The position numbers and the translations under genes are program-made. From contig JAQUSN010000001.1 in assembly GCA_028715115.1 (NCBI GenBank), positions 191,067 through 255,066 of the forward strand: a stretch of 64,000 nucleotides of DNA. Direction: 5' to 3'. This document shows, piece by piece, positions 36,018-46,800 of this stretch (positions are counted from its first letter, which is position 1; each line of letters begins with the position of its first letter). The notes below the pieces were generated by a model. The model was not told the DNA's origin. It made no database searches and saw nothing but the letters and a program-made list of their open reading frames with translations. Source of the DNA: Patescibacteria group bacterium (GTDB lineage Bacteria; Patescibacteriota; Patescibacteriia; UBA2591; UBA4787).

Positions 36018-37640
36018 ATGCACAAAAATAAACTTTGGACCAATTTCGTTCTAATTTTGATTTTAACGATTTTTGCTTTATTGATTGATATACCCCGTTT
36101 GCCAAGTTGGTTTCCGCTTCACGGGTGGTTTACCGATCAAAAAGTTCACCTCGGTCTAGACCTACAAGGTGGCACGCAGTTAACCTATCAAACCAATACT
36201 TCTGATTTGCCGGCTGATCAACGAGCTGCGGCGGTCGAGGGTGCGCGAGATGTTATTGAACGGCGCGTTAATGTTTTCGGCGTTTCGGAGCCGTTAGTAC
36301 AAACGGCCAAGTCCGGAGACGAGTGGAGAATTATTATCGAGTTGCCCGGCATTAAAAATGTTAACGAAGCCATTAAAATGATCGGCGAAACTCCGACATT
36401 AGAATTTAAAGAAGAGGCGCCAGCCAAGGTTTTGACTGATCAAGAAAAAAAGGAAATTGCCCAATATAATATTAATGCCCAAAAAAAAGCATCGGATGTT
36501 TTAGCTAAGGCGCTAAAGCCGGGCGCTGATTTTGCCGCTTTAGCCAATCAATACTCAGACGACCCCGGCACTCAAGGGCAAGGCGGCGATCTGGGTTGGT
36601 TTAGCCGCGGCGTAATGGTTAAGGAATTCGAAGATGCCGCTTTTACTTTAAAGAAAGGACAGATTGCTAAGACATTAACTAAAACAGAATTTGGTTATCA
36701 TATTATTAAAAAAACCGATGAGCGAACCACCGATGATGCTAAAGAAGAAATTCGCGCTAGCCATATTTTGATTAAAACTGAATCAGAGGCTGCCATTGCT
36801 GCTGGTGGCGGTTGGGCCTACACGGGCTTAACTGGTAAGCAGTTGAAAAGCGCGACCATGACCTTTAATCCGCAAACTAGTGAACCGGAAATTTCTCTGG
36901 AATTTAACGCCGAGGGCGCGAAATTATTTGCCGACATTACTGCTCGCAACGTTGATAAGCCCGTTGCTATATTTTTAGACGGCTATGCGATTAGTATTCC
37001 GACTGTTAAAGAAGCAATTACGAGCGGCAAGGCAGTGATTAGCGGCAAGTTTGGCGTTCAAGAAGCTAAAGACTTAGCGCAACGCTTATCAGCCGGCGCC
37101 TTACCCGTACCGATTAAACTAATTAGTCAAGAAAGCATTGGACCGAGCTTGGGTCAAATTGCTGTGCAAAAAAGCATTGTTGCTGGCGTGATTGGCTTTC
37201 TGGCTGTAGTTATTTTTATGGTGGTTTTTTACGGTCTGAACGGATTAATCGCTTCTTTGGCGTTGTTGATTTATGCTTTAATAAACTTGGCATTATATAA
37301 ATTAATTCCCGTAACCTTGACGCTGGCTGGCATTGCTGGTTTTATTCTGTCGATCGGTATGGCCGTTGATGCCAATGTTTTGATTTTTGAACGCATTAAA
37401 GATGAGCGCCGTTTAGGTAAAACCGGCACAACCGTCATCGATGATGGCTTCCGCCATGCCTGGACCGCTATTCGTGACAGTAATATTACTACCTTAATTG
37501 CCTGTTTCATTTTATATGAATTTGGCACCGGCTTAGTCCGAGGCTTTGGCTTGACCCTGGGCATCGGAGTTCTGCTCAGCATGTTCAGCGCCATTACAGT
37601 GACCCGAGTAATTTTAAAATTATTCGTTTATAAAAAGTAA
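36018..37640 (+). CDS. secD: Protein translocase subunit SecD carrying an inserted PpiC/parvulin-like segment (nt about 36480-36785)
   Basis: LDLQGGT start of the P1 domain and C-terminal SecD TM bundle. Residues about 155-255 read [74 protein letters not shown]...IRASHILIK, a parvulin rotamase signature. Confidence 0.85.
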   Translation: MHKNKLWTNFVLILILTIFALLIDIPRLPSWFPLHGWFTDQKVHLGLDLQGGTQLTYQTNTSDLPADQRAAAVEGARDVIERRVNVFGVSEPLVQTAKSGDEWRIIIELPGIKNVNEAIKMIGETPTLEFKEEAPAKVLTDQEKKEIAQYNINAQKKASDVLAKALKPGADFAALANQYSDDPGTQGQGGDLGWFSRGVMVKEFEDAAFTLKKGQIAKTLTKTEFGYHIIKKTDERTTDDAKEEIRASHILIKTESEAAIAAGGGWAYTGLTGKQLKSATMTFNPQTSEPEISLEFNAEGAKLFADITARNVDKPVAIFLDGYAISIPTVKEAITSGKAVISGKFGVQEAKDLAQRLSAGALPVPIKLISQESIGPSLGQIAVQKSIVAGVIGFLAVVIFMVVFYGLNGLIASLALLIYALINLALYKLIPVTLTLAGIAGFILSIGMAVDANVLIFERIKDERRLGKTGTTVIDDGFRHAWTAIRDSNITTLIACFILYEFGTGLVRGFGLTLGIGVLLSMFSAITVTRVILKLFVYKK

Positions 37641-37710
37641 TTTTCTAATTTCTATTTTCTAAATTTCCCGCTGAAGGCGGGTCAGCCTCGGGCTGATAAT
37701 TCATAACCTT

Positions 37711-38586
37711 ATGTATAACATTGTTGGTAAAAATAAAATTCTTTTAAGTATTTCTGCTGTTTTGGTCGGCGCTTCAATTTTGGCCTTAACTCTTTGGGGA
37801 CTAAAACCGGGCATCGATTTTACCGGCGGCACAATCATGGAAATAAATTATACTAACGAGCGGCCAACCGCCACCACGATTAACGAAGAGTTGAAGGGGC
37901 TTAATTTGGGACAAATTGATATTCGTTATAGCGGTGACAATGGCGTAATTTTACGCTTTACTGAAACAAACGAGCAGGTTCACCAGGAAATTTTGCAAAA
38001 ATTAGGGCAGCCCGAAGAGACTCGTTATGAGTCTATCGGTCCGACTATCGGCAAAGAGTTGACCGGCAAGGCTACTTGGGCCGTAGTTTTGGTTTTGGCG
38101 GCGATTTTATTATACTTGGTTTGGGCTTTTCGGCGCTTATCGCGAGTTGTTAAGAAGGGAGAGTCGTGGCGTTATGGCGCTGGCGCAATGTTAGCCCTAT
38201 TCCATGACGTTATTGTTATGCTTGGCTTATTCGCCGTCTTGGGGCACTTTCGTGGTACAGAAATTAATTCGACTTTTATTGTGGCCATTTTGACAGTCTT
38301 GGGTTATTCGGTTAATGACACGATCGTGATTTATGATCGTGTTAGAGAAAATTTATTAGTTGACGGCTGGCGGGATTTTAGAAATACGGTTAATCGTAGT
38401 TTAAATGAAACCATTGTCCGATCGCTCGGCACGACCGTTACTGTAATCGTTGCCATTTTAGCGGTATATTTGTTTGGCGGTGAATCAACTAGAGATTTTA
38501 TCCTTGCCATGATAGCTGGTGTAGCGACCGGCGCTTGGTCTACGATAGCTATTGCCTGCCCATTCCTATTATTAAAAAGGAAATAA
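37711..38586 (+). CDS. secF: Protein translocase subunit SecF
   Basis: 291 aa with SecF topology and conserved motifs (DFTGGT, ...YDRVREN...). Confidence 0.85.
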   Translation: MYNIVGKNKILLSISAVLVGASILALTLWGLKPGIDFTGGTIMEINYTNERPTATTINEELKGLNLGQIDIRYSGDNGVILRFTETNEQVHQEILQKLGQPEETRYESIGPTIGKELTGKATWAVVLVLAAILLYLVWAFRRLSRVVKKGESWRYGAGAMLALFHDVIVMLGLFAVLGHFRGTEINSTFIVAILTVLGYSVNDTIVIYDRVRENLLVDGWRDFRNTVNRSLNETIVRSLGTTVTVIVAILAVYLFGGESTRDFILAMIAGVATGAWSTIAIACPFLLLKRK

Positions 38587-38625
38587 CGTTTAGAAGATTA
38601 TTAATTAGTATATAGGCATTGATTT

Positions 38626-39729
38626 ATGAAAGTTGCTTTGGTCCATGATTTTCTAACGCAGTACGGCGGAGCAGAAAAAGTTTTAGAAGTTTTACATGAA
38701 GTATGGCCGGACGCTCCGGTCTATACTTTATTTTACGACAAAAATGGTTTTGGCGATAAATTCAAGGGTTGGGATATTAGAGTTTCGCCGATTCAAAATT
38801 TACCCTTTGGCGTCAGTCATTATCGCTGGTATCTGGGTCTAATGCCCATGGCCATTGAACGCTTTGATTTAAGGGGATATGATTTAGTCATTTCGGCCGC
38901 CTCGGGCTGTGCAAAAGGAATTTTAACGCATAAAAATACCAAACATTTTTCTTATTGTTATAGCCCGACCCGTTATTTGTGGAGCGATGCTTATGATTAT
39001 TTAAATGGTCTCCGCTCTGGCGAGAAAATTTTTAGAAAGTTATTGCCGCCGCTTCTGACTTATTTGCGCAATTGGGACTATTTGGCTGCCCAGCGAGCCG
39101 ACAAAATTATTGCTATTTCTGATTTTATAAAAAAACGTATTAAAAAATACTATCATCGCGAAGCTGATGCGATTATTTATCCTCCAGTTGAGGTGAATCA
39201 ATTTTATATCTCGCCCGAAATCGGCGACTACTATTTATTGGTTTCGCGTCTGCGCCCTTATAAAAAAATCGATCTGGCCATTCAGGCTTTTAATAAATTA
39301 AAAATACCCTTGAAAATCATCGGGACCGGGCAAGACGCTTCGCTTAAAAAAATAGCCGGACCGTTTATTGAATTTTTAGGTTCGGTCGACGAAGAAACCA
39401 AGGCCAAGTATTTGAGCCATTGTAAGGCCTTGATTTTTCCTCAAGAAGAAGATTTCGGCATAGTGCCGGTTGAAGCCATGGCTTCCGGCCGTCCAGTCAT
39501 TGCTTATCGAGCTGGCGGCGCCTTGGAAATAGTCGAAGAGGGCAAAACAGGAATGTTTTCTAACGAACAAACTTGGGAGAACTTGGCCGAGACAGTCATA
39601 AAATTTAATCCGGAAAATTTTGATCCTAAATATATTCGTAGCCAAGCTGAAAAATTTTCCAAAGAACGCTTTAAAAAAGAACTATTATTATTTCTTCGCG
39701 AGAACGCCCCAAATTTATTTGAGAAATGA
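38626..39729 (+). CDS. Glycosyltransferase family 4 (GT-B, group 1)
   Basis: MKVALVHDFLTQYGGAEKV N-terminus and a C-terminal E..G.PVIA...GG..E.V motif. Confidence 0.7.
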   Translation: MKVALVHDFLTQYGGAEKVLEVLHEVWPDAPVYTLFYDKNGFGDKFKGWDIRVSPIQNLPFGVSHYRWYLGLMPMAIERFDLRGYDLVISAASGCAKGILTHKNTKHFSYCYSPTRYLWSDAYDYLNGLRSGEKIFRKLLPPLLTYLRNWDYLAAQRADKIIAISDFIKKRIKKYYHREADAIIYPPVEVNQFYISPEIGDYYLLVSRLRPYKKIDLAIQAFNKLKIPLKIIGTGQDASLKKIAGPFIEFLGSVDEETKAKYLSHCKALIFPQEEDFGIVPVEAMASGRPVIAYRAGGALEIVEEGKTGMFSNEQTWENLAETVIKFNPENFDPKYIRSQAEKFSKERFKKELLLFLRENAPNLFEK

Positions 39730-39782
39730 ATCGCGGTTAGAAATAATAACCCCGCGGGGTTACAAAAAATAATTAAAGAAGA

Positions 39783-41339
39783 ATGCTTAAAATTATGTTT
39801 CGCAAAAGATTAATTCTAAAAGATTTGAAACAACGAAGTTTCAAATTTATCAGCAAGCTGCATCAAGAATTTCCAGTGGCGGAAATTTATTTGGTCGGCG
39901 GCGCGGTTAGAGATTTACTCCTGGGTCGCTTAAGTAAGGACATCGACTTTGTTGTCCGCGGCGTTTCAGCGCAAAAATTGGAAATTTTTTTGGCGAAATA
40001 CGGCAGCGTTAATTTAGTTGGCAAAAATTTTGGCGTATTTAAATTCGTGCCCGAAGGCGGTGATGCCCACAATCCGATTGATATTGCCTTGCCGCGCACC
40101 GAACATTCTTTTGGCACTGGCGGCTATCGAGACTTTGACGTGCAAAGCGATGAAAAATTAAGCATTGAAGAAGATTTGTCGCGCCGTGATTTTACCATCA
40201 ACGCCATGGCGCTTGATATTACTACGCCGAAAAAAATGAAAATTATTGATCCGTTTTTCGGCCTTAAGGATTTAAAGAAAAAAATAATTCGCGCCGTTGG
40301 CAATCCGCTTGATCGTTTCCAGGAAGATTACTCCAGAATGTTAAGAGCAATCCGTTTTTCTTGCCAAACGGGATTTTCCATAGAAAAATCGACGAAACAG
40401 GCCATCAAAGAAAGCGTTGCGCGCTTAAATGATTTTAACCGCGAGGTTACTTTAGTTAATGATGGTGAGCGCGTGGAGAGCGAGGTTTCCGAAACCAGAA
40501 TTATGCCTTATGAAGTCATCGCTAAAGAATTTTTAAAGGCATTTGTTTCCAACCCGGTTAAAGCCTTTGATTTATTCGATGAATTGGGTGTTTTTAAAGA
40601 ATTAATTCCGGAAATGTTGGCCATGAAGGGCTGCCCGCAAGAACCGCGTTTTCATTCCGAGGGCGACGTCTGGCAGCATACGCGATTAACTTTGGAGAAA
40701 TTAGCCTCGAAGAAATTCAAAACAAAATTTCATCAAAAGAAATTAGAAGTTCAATTAGTCGTGGCAGCTCTTTTGCATGATTTGGGCAAGCCATTGACGA
40801 CTAAAACGCCGCAGGAGCACGGAGTCGACAGAATCCGTTCCAACGAACACGATATAGTCGGCGCAAAAATAGCCCGAGTGATTTGCGAACGCCTAAAACT
40901 ATCGAGTCCCGAAGGTATCGGCGTTGATCCACAAAAGATTTCCTGGTTAATTCAGCATCATATGATTTTGGTTCATGGCAATGTCAATGAAATGCGCGAA
41001 AATACCATCGAAAAATATTTCTTTAATAGTGAAATTCCGGGCGATGATTTACTAAAGCTTTCTTGGGCTGACATTGCTGCCACGATTGGCGCTAATGGTA
41101 AATCCGACTTTTCAACCTTTAAGCAAATGCTCGGAAGAACAAATAAACTAAAAAAAATAGCCCGGAAGAAGAAGATTTTGCCGCCGGCACTTTTGTCGGG
41201 TGAAGAGATAATGGAAATACTTTCCATCGGCCCGGGCAAAAAGATCGGAGACTTGAAGGATTTACTGAGAGAAGAGCAGTTGACTGGGCGGATAAAAACC
41301 AAAGCTCAGGCCATAGAATTTTTAAAAAAATTCGAATAA
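39783..41339 (+). CDS. cca: CCA-adding enzyme / poly(A) polymerase family nucleotidyltransferase with HD domain
   Basis: YLVGGAVRDLLLGR...DIDF head motif and HD motif HDLGKP. Confidence 0.7.
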   Translation: MLKIMFRKRLILKDLKQRSFKFISKLHQEFPVAEIYLVGGAVRDLLLGRLSKDIDFVVRGVSAQKLEIFLAKYGSVNLVGKNFGVFKFVPEGGDAHNPIDIALPRTEHSFGTGGYRDFDVQSDEKLSIEEDLSRRDFTINAMALDITTPKKMKIIDPFFGLKDLKKKIIRAVGNPLDRFQEDYSRMLRAIRFSCQTGFSIEKSTKQAIKESVARLNDFNREVTLVNDGERVESEVSETRIMPYEVIAKEFLKAFVSNPVKAFDLFDELGVFKELIPEMLAMKGCPQEPRFHSEGDVWQHTRLTLEKLASKKFKTKFHQKKLEVQLVVAALLHDLGKPLTTKTPQEHGVDRIRSNEHDIVGAKIARVICERLKLSSPEGIGVDPQKISWLIQHHMILVHGNVNEMRENTIEKYFFNSEIPGDDLLKLSWADIAATIGANGKSDFSTFKQMLGRTNKLKKIARKKKILPPALLSGEEIMEILSIGPGKKIGDLKDLLREEQLTGRIKTKAQAIEFLKKFE

Positions 41340-41356
41340 GGGCCATTGACAATCTT

Positions 41357-42064
41357 ATGAATTTTGATATATTAAATATTCTTTTTGAAGACCCTAACTT
41401 TTTGGTCGTGTTTAAGCCGGCAGGTATTTTAGTTCATCCCGATAAGTACAGCCAAGAAAAAACCTTAATTGACCTGGTTGTTGAGCGATATCCCGAAATT
41501 AAGGCCGTTGGCGGTCCGACGGCTAGCGGACGGCCGGGCATAGTTCATCGTCTCGATAAAGAAGTTTCCGGCCTACTAGTTATCGCCAGAACCGAAGCGG
41601 CCTATCAGAGTCTTTGCCAGCAATTTAAAGATGGTTTGGTAAAAAAAGAATATTTGGCCTTGGTTCACGGCCAACCGGCGTCTACTCATAATATTATTGA
41701 TTTGCCGCTGGCTAGAAACGAAAAGGGCAAAATCATCGCCGTCCAATACCGCAAAGACGTTAAGAACGAGAAGCCGGCGCAAACCGAATATTGGGTCGAG
41801 AAAAAATACGAAAATTCTTCGCTGTTGCGCGTCAGGATTTTGACCGGTCGGACACACCAGATAAGAGTTCACTTGCGCGCCATTAATTGTCCGATTGTCG
41901 GAGACGAGCAGTATGGCTTTAAAGATAAAACTTTTGGCAATGATTTGGGTAGAATTTTTTTGCATTCATCTTACTTGGGATTTAACGATTTGAATAATAA
42001 ATGGGTGGAATTTAAAAGCGATTTGCCGGAAGAACTAATCAACTTTTTATCAAAAATAAAATGA
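41357..42064 (+). CDS. RluA-family pseudouridine synthase
   Basis: Catalytic HRLDKEVSGLLVIART motif. Confidence 0.7.
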   Translation: MNFDILNILFEDPNFLVVFKPAGILVHPDKYSQEKTLIDLVVERYPEIKAVGGPTASGRPGIVHRLDKEVSGLLVIARTEAAYQSLCQQFKDGLVKKEYLALVHGQPASTHNIIDLPLARNEKGKIIAVQYRKDVKNEKPAQTEYWVEKKYENSSLLRVRILTGRTHQIRVHLRAINCPIVGDEQYGFKDKTFGNDLGRIFLHSSYLGFNDLNNKWVEFKSDLPEELINFLSKIK

Positions 42065-42612
42065 TTATTACTTTAAGCGGTGGGCCGGGATCGGGCAAAA
42101 CGACCGTGGCAAAGATTCTAGCCGAAAAATTAGGTTATAAATTTTATTCAACGGGCGATCTGAGAGGTCAAATGGCCATGAAACGAGGATTGACCATCGA
42201 TCAATTAAATGAAATAGGCGCCAAGGAAGATTGGACTGATAAAGAGGTAGATAATTTAACCAAAGAAATAGCCGAGAAAGAAGATAATTTGATTTTTGAT
42301 AGCTGGTTGGCCTTCTTTTTCATCCCAAAGTCCTATAAAATATTTTTAGATATTAATCCGCGCGTTGCGGCCGAACGCGTTTTTAAAGATCAACGCCCAG
42401 ACGAAGAGCATTTTGATTCGCCAGATGGCATTGAAAAAATGTTTAATGAACGCTTAGAGCAGAGCCGCCAACGTTATTTAAAATATTATAATGTCGATTT
42501 TTTGGACAAATCGCATTATGATTTAATAATTGATACCACCAATCTATCCCCAGTAGAAAAAGTGGTTGATAAAATTTTAATTAATTTAAAAGATTATGAC
42601 CGAAGAAAATAA
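42061..42612 (+). CDS. cmk: Cytidylate kinase, short (archaeal-like) type
   Basis: P-loop ITLSGGPGSGKTTVAKILAEKLG. Length is about 180 aa. Confidence 0.55.
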   Translation: MIITLSGGPGSGKTTVAKILAEKLGYKFYSTGDLRGQMAMKRGLTIDQLNEIGAKEDWTDKEVDNLTKEIAEKEDNLIFDSWLAFFFIPKSYKIFLDINPRVAAERVFKDQRPDEEHFDSPDGIEKMFNERLEQSRQRYLKYYNVDFLDKSHYDLIIDTTNLSPVEKVVDKILINLKDYDRRK

Positions 42613-42988
42613 AACTCAAACTGAGGTAACTGAAACCAAAGAATCAAATACTTCAAAAGAAGTCAAAGTTTCTTTACCGGAAATTAAGGTTGGTTCATTG
42701 GTAAAAGTTCACCAAAAAATTAAAGAATTAGACGCCAAGGGAAATCCCAAAGAGCGTGTGCAGATTTTTGAGGGCATTGTGATAGCTCATCATGCCGGCA
42801 AAGAAAAAGGCGCTACTTTTACTGTGCGTAAAATAGCCGCTGACGCTGTTGGTGTTGAAAAGATTTACCCGCTCCACTCACCGACATTAGTGAAAGTAGA
42901 ATTGGTTAAACAGCACAAGGTTCGCCGCGCGAAACTTTACTACTTGCGCTCACAGAAAAAGCATAAAAAAATGAAAGAGATAAAATAA
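42596..42988 (+). CDS. rplS: 50S ribosomal protein L19 (with N-terminal extension)
   Basis: RVQIFEGIVIA...FTVRKI..GVGVEKIYPLHSP....VE.V....VRRAKLYYLR. Confidence 0.85.
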   Translation: MTEENKTQTEVTETKESNTSKEVKVSLPEIKVGSLVKVHQKIKELDAKGNPKERVQIFEGIVIAHHAGKEKGATFTVRKIAADAVGVEKIYPLHSPTLVKVELVKQHKVRRAKLYYLRSQKKHKKMKEIK

Positions 42989-42993
42989 ACACT

Positions 42994-43077
42994 TGCGGAC
43001 GTGGCGGAACGGTATACGCGCATGCTTGAGGTGCATGTGGGAGCAATCCCGTGAGAGTTCAAATCTCTCCGTCCGCA
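42994..43077 (+). tRNA. tRNA-Leu (anticodon GAG)
   Basis: GCGGACG TGGCGGAACGGTATACGCG CATGC-TTGAGGT-GCATG, long variable arm, then GAGTTCAAATCTCTC CGTCCGC-A. Confidence 0.8.
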
Positions 43078-43086
43078 TAAATATAG

Positions 43087-43161
43087 GGGCCCGTAGCTCA
43101 GCGGTAGAGCACTTCCATGGCATGGAAGGGGTCAGGGGTTCAAGTCCCCTCGGGTCCACCA
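43087..43161 (+). tRNA. tRNA-Ala (anticodon GGC)
   Basis: GGGCCCG-TA-GCTCAGCGGTAGAGC-A-CTTCC-ATGGCAT-GGAAG...CGGGTCC-A-CCA. The G3:U70 pair is present. A terminator hairpin lies at 43177-43205. Confidence 0.85.
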
Positions 43162-43268
43162 AAAATCAACAAAAACGAGCCATTTTATCGTGGCTCGTTT
43201 TTGTATTGTTAACTTGTTAATTAAAAGGGTGGGATTATAATTAAGGTATAAATATAACCTTAAAATTT

Positions 43269-43862
43269 ATGAGAAGAGCGTTTAGTAAGGTTTTGTTAAT
43301 TATCGTTTTGGCAATAATTTTAGGCGCGGCTTATTTTTTGTGGCAAATCTATGGAAATAAGTGGTTTAATAAAGGCGAAACTACCCAGGCTCCGAAGATT
43401 GAAATTACCGAAAAAGGCGATCAAAAGATAGTGAAAAACCTGACAGATGGGTATCAAGTGGCAATTTATAAAACGTGGAACGTTAATTTTATTAATAAGG
43501 GGCACAACGAAGGGAGTCTAAAATTAACACCACCAAACTATGAAGTGTCTACGGCGGCGACGGAAAGTGATAATAATTGTAATCTAGAGATTTTTATTAA
43601 TAGAAATAATCAAAAATTAACACTTAATAATTGGCTCGAAATTAATAGTCCAGGGGGCATTTTGTCTGAGCAGAATGTTGAAATCGGCGCCGCGCATTTG
43701 CCCGCCGTTAAAGTTATTGGTAATGAACTAGGGGATTATATTGCGGTTTATATTTTAAACCCCATTAATTACAATGTGAACGAAATTGTCCTAAACACAA
43801 ATAGTGAGAAGAAATGCCTTGATGCATTTAATAATTTATTAGATAGTTATTCTATATATTAA
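43269..43862 (+). CDS. Secreted or membrane-anchored hypothetical protein
   Basis: 197 aa with an N-terminal TM/signal segment. A TTGTTA-16-TATAAT promoter lies at 43213-43240. It sits immediately upstream of the giant M23 peptidase gene. Confidence 0.45.
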   Translation: MRRAFSKVLLIIVLAIILGAAYFLWQIYGNKWFNKGETTQAPKIEITEKGDQKIVKNLTDGYQVAIYKTWNVNFINKGHNEGSLKLTPPNYEVSTAATESDNNCNLEIFINRNNQKLTLNNWLEINSPGGILSEQNVEIGAAHLPAVKVIGNELGDYIAVYILNPINYNVNEIVLNTNSEKKCLDAFNNLLDSYSIY

Positions 43863-43886
43863 TTGAATTGTACAGTACAGTATGGT

Positions 43887-46800
43887 ATGAACGTTGTTTC
43901 TAAATATAGGCTTATAGTCATAATATTTTTAATTTTTCCTCTTTTTGTTTGTTCTAAAATTTGTTTAGCGACGTCCGTTAATTTAAAATTGCCCTATGCC
44001 GATCAGGAAGAATTTAAAATAACAAGGGGTTATAATATTGCGACACACAAAGATTATGGATCATTTGCCAACGACTCCCTCGCTCTAGATTTTGTATTAA
44101 ATGGCTGTGAATCATTTAATAAATCGCACCTAGCAATATCCGATGGATTTATAAGATATCTTAAAATGAGCAACATTGGATATGGGAATACAGTTTTAGT
44201 CCAATATGATAATGGCTTAATTTCGAGATATGCACATTTAGATAAAATTTTAGTTTCCGTGGGCGAAAAAGTGAAAATTGGTCAAATAATAGGGTTAGAG
44301 GGAAATACCGGGAACGTATCGGGTGATTCTTGTCTAGATCATCCCGGAACGCACCTACATTTTGCTGTATATAATTCTGATGGTAGTGCCTATAGACCCG
44401 AGCCAATGTCGGGATACATAAATTTTTTAGCTGGTAATTGGTATATTTCGGATAATAAAATTTACAACCCAAACCACATTTACGCCGAGGCCCCTGACGA
44501 CTCACCCCATATTTTTTGGTGGAAAAGGGTATTAGCCGCCATTGGTAATGCCTTGAATATAGCGGGTGACAATATTCGACAATTTTTTATCGCTTCGCCC
44601 AGCAATTCTCTATCAGGAGAAGATCAAAATCAAATAGAAAATTGGTCGGCGCAAATAGTTTCTAATAATACTACAATTTCGGGCCAGTTAGACCAAGAGA
44701 TAACGCTAATTGCCACTGTCAAAAACACAACTAATCAAACATGGAAACCAATAAATCAGGTTTCCATTAATATTTTTAATCAAACTTCAAAGAATTTGTA
44801 TTCGTCTTCCTGGGCGACTCGTTTGCGTCCGGTAATCTTGAAGAATAACTTAGAGGTGGGTCAATCGACCGATTTGTCTTTTAAAATTAAAATACCATCT
44901 GAATTGGGCGATTATTCAGCCAGGTTTCAATTAGTCTATACTGCCGATGGTATAACTTTTCAAAATTTAGGCAATAATTTCATAGATTGGTCCATTAAAG
45001 CTGAAAAGTTCGCAATTAATCAAGAGTCATCAGCTGAAGACCCTGGCCAGAATATTTTATTACCCCAAGAGGACCAGCTGCCAGATATTTTAAAAGAGAG
45101 CGAAGAATCACAACCTAAGCCACAGGAACTTGTAGGAGGCGGCAGTTCTGCTGATGGCGCGGGTGGTTTAGATGTTAATCCACCAGAAACAACTCTTAAT
45201 AATTTTGACCAGTTGCCCCTCGTTACCAATCAACAGAATATCATTTTTCAATTTACTTCGGATGAAGATAGCTCCAGATTTGATTGCAAATTAGACAATT
45301 CCTTATGGCAACGATGTAGTTCGCCAAAAGAATATTATAATTTAATTGAAGGCGATCACATTTTTAGAGTGCGTGCCATTGATGCATCTAGTAATATTGA
45401 TGATTCTCCGGCCGATTTTTTTTGGCGCATTGATTTAACCTCGCCAGAGATTAGCTTCTTGGCCCGGCCCCCTTCACTGACCAACCAAACCGAAGTAAAT
45501 TTTAATTTTATCGCTGATGATGAGTTCGCAATTTTTGAATGTTCATTAGATGATGCGTTTTGGGAATCATGTTTTGCTCCAAAGAGTTATAATATTTTAG
45601 AAGCAGGCGTGCATTTGTTTTCCGTTCGTGCCCGAGATGCGGCCGGAAATTTTAGTGGCCCCAGCGATATTTATTGGACCATTGACTTAACTGGCCCGAT
45701 TTCAAATATTAATTCAAGCTTTAATCAAACTTATTTTAATCTAATCTCCTGGCCTGATAAAATTTTTGGTTCTACCACCTCGACTATAAGTGATATATTG
45801 CGCGTTGATATTCAAGTAGAGAGGGAAAGCAGCTATTTATATTTAGATTATACTTCTTCCACGCCAATTTGGATTGACGGACTGAATTGGATTGAAGTTG
45901 ATCTAGATAACGACACTTGGAAAATTAATTTAGATCATGAGTTTTTATTAGATGATAAATATTTAGTTTCTTCTCTGGCCAAGGACCGGGCCGGAAACAC
46001 CCAGAGCACTTCTTCGACAGTAGAATTTATTTTTGATCAAACTCCACCGAGTGCACCGACCGACATTGATTTTAATTTTAATCAGGATAGGCGAGAGCTT
46101 TTAATAAATTGGGCTGCGCGGGACAATTTGTCGGGTGTAGATTATTATAATATTTTTTGGCAGGTTGATGGTATGGATAACACAACTTCTACGCCAGACA
46201 ACTTGATTAATTTAATTGTTGAACCAGGATATAATTATTTATTTAAAATCCAGGCCGTTGATCGAGCGGGTAATCAAGGCATTTGGTCAGAAGTCAGTTA
46301 CGTGCCAAAGTTATCATTAGATGGTTGGACTAGAAAGAGAGTCTTAGTTATTGATAATAGTATTGGTGATAAAATTTTAATTAATTTTCCCATTAATATT
46401 GTCATAGATTATCAATCAGAAATGAATCAAGACTTTTCCGACGTTAGGTTTACTGATTCAGACGGCGAAACCTTACTTGATTTCGGTTGGGACGTTGATC
46501 ACGAAGGATTAGAACAAGAACAAGACGGTATTTTGGCGTTAGCAGTAGTTAAAATACCACAACTTTTAGCTAATGAGCAAAAAATAATTTATATGTATTA
46601 CGGCAATAAATATGCTGAATCGGTGGCTAACCTAGAAAACGCCTTGGATTGGTATGATCATTTTAAAATTATTCGTGAAAACTATGACTATCAATGGGTA
46701 ACTTGGGACAACGTCGATTCGGGAATTTTAAAAACTAACTTGCCGAGTTTTATTGGATTCGATGCCTGGATTTCCCTGAAAGCCCCCCTTGAATTAGCAG

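Noticed and set aside
42950-43220. ORFs 42950..43162 (-) and 42993..43220 (+)
   Set aside because: They overlap tRNA-Leu(GAG) and tRNA-Ala(GGC).
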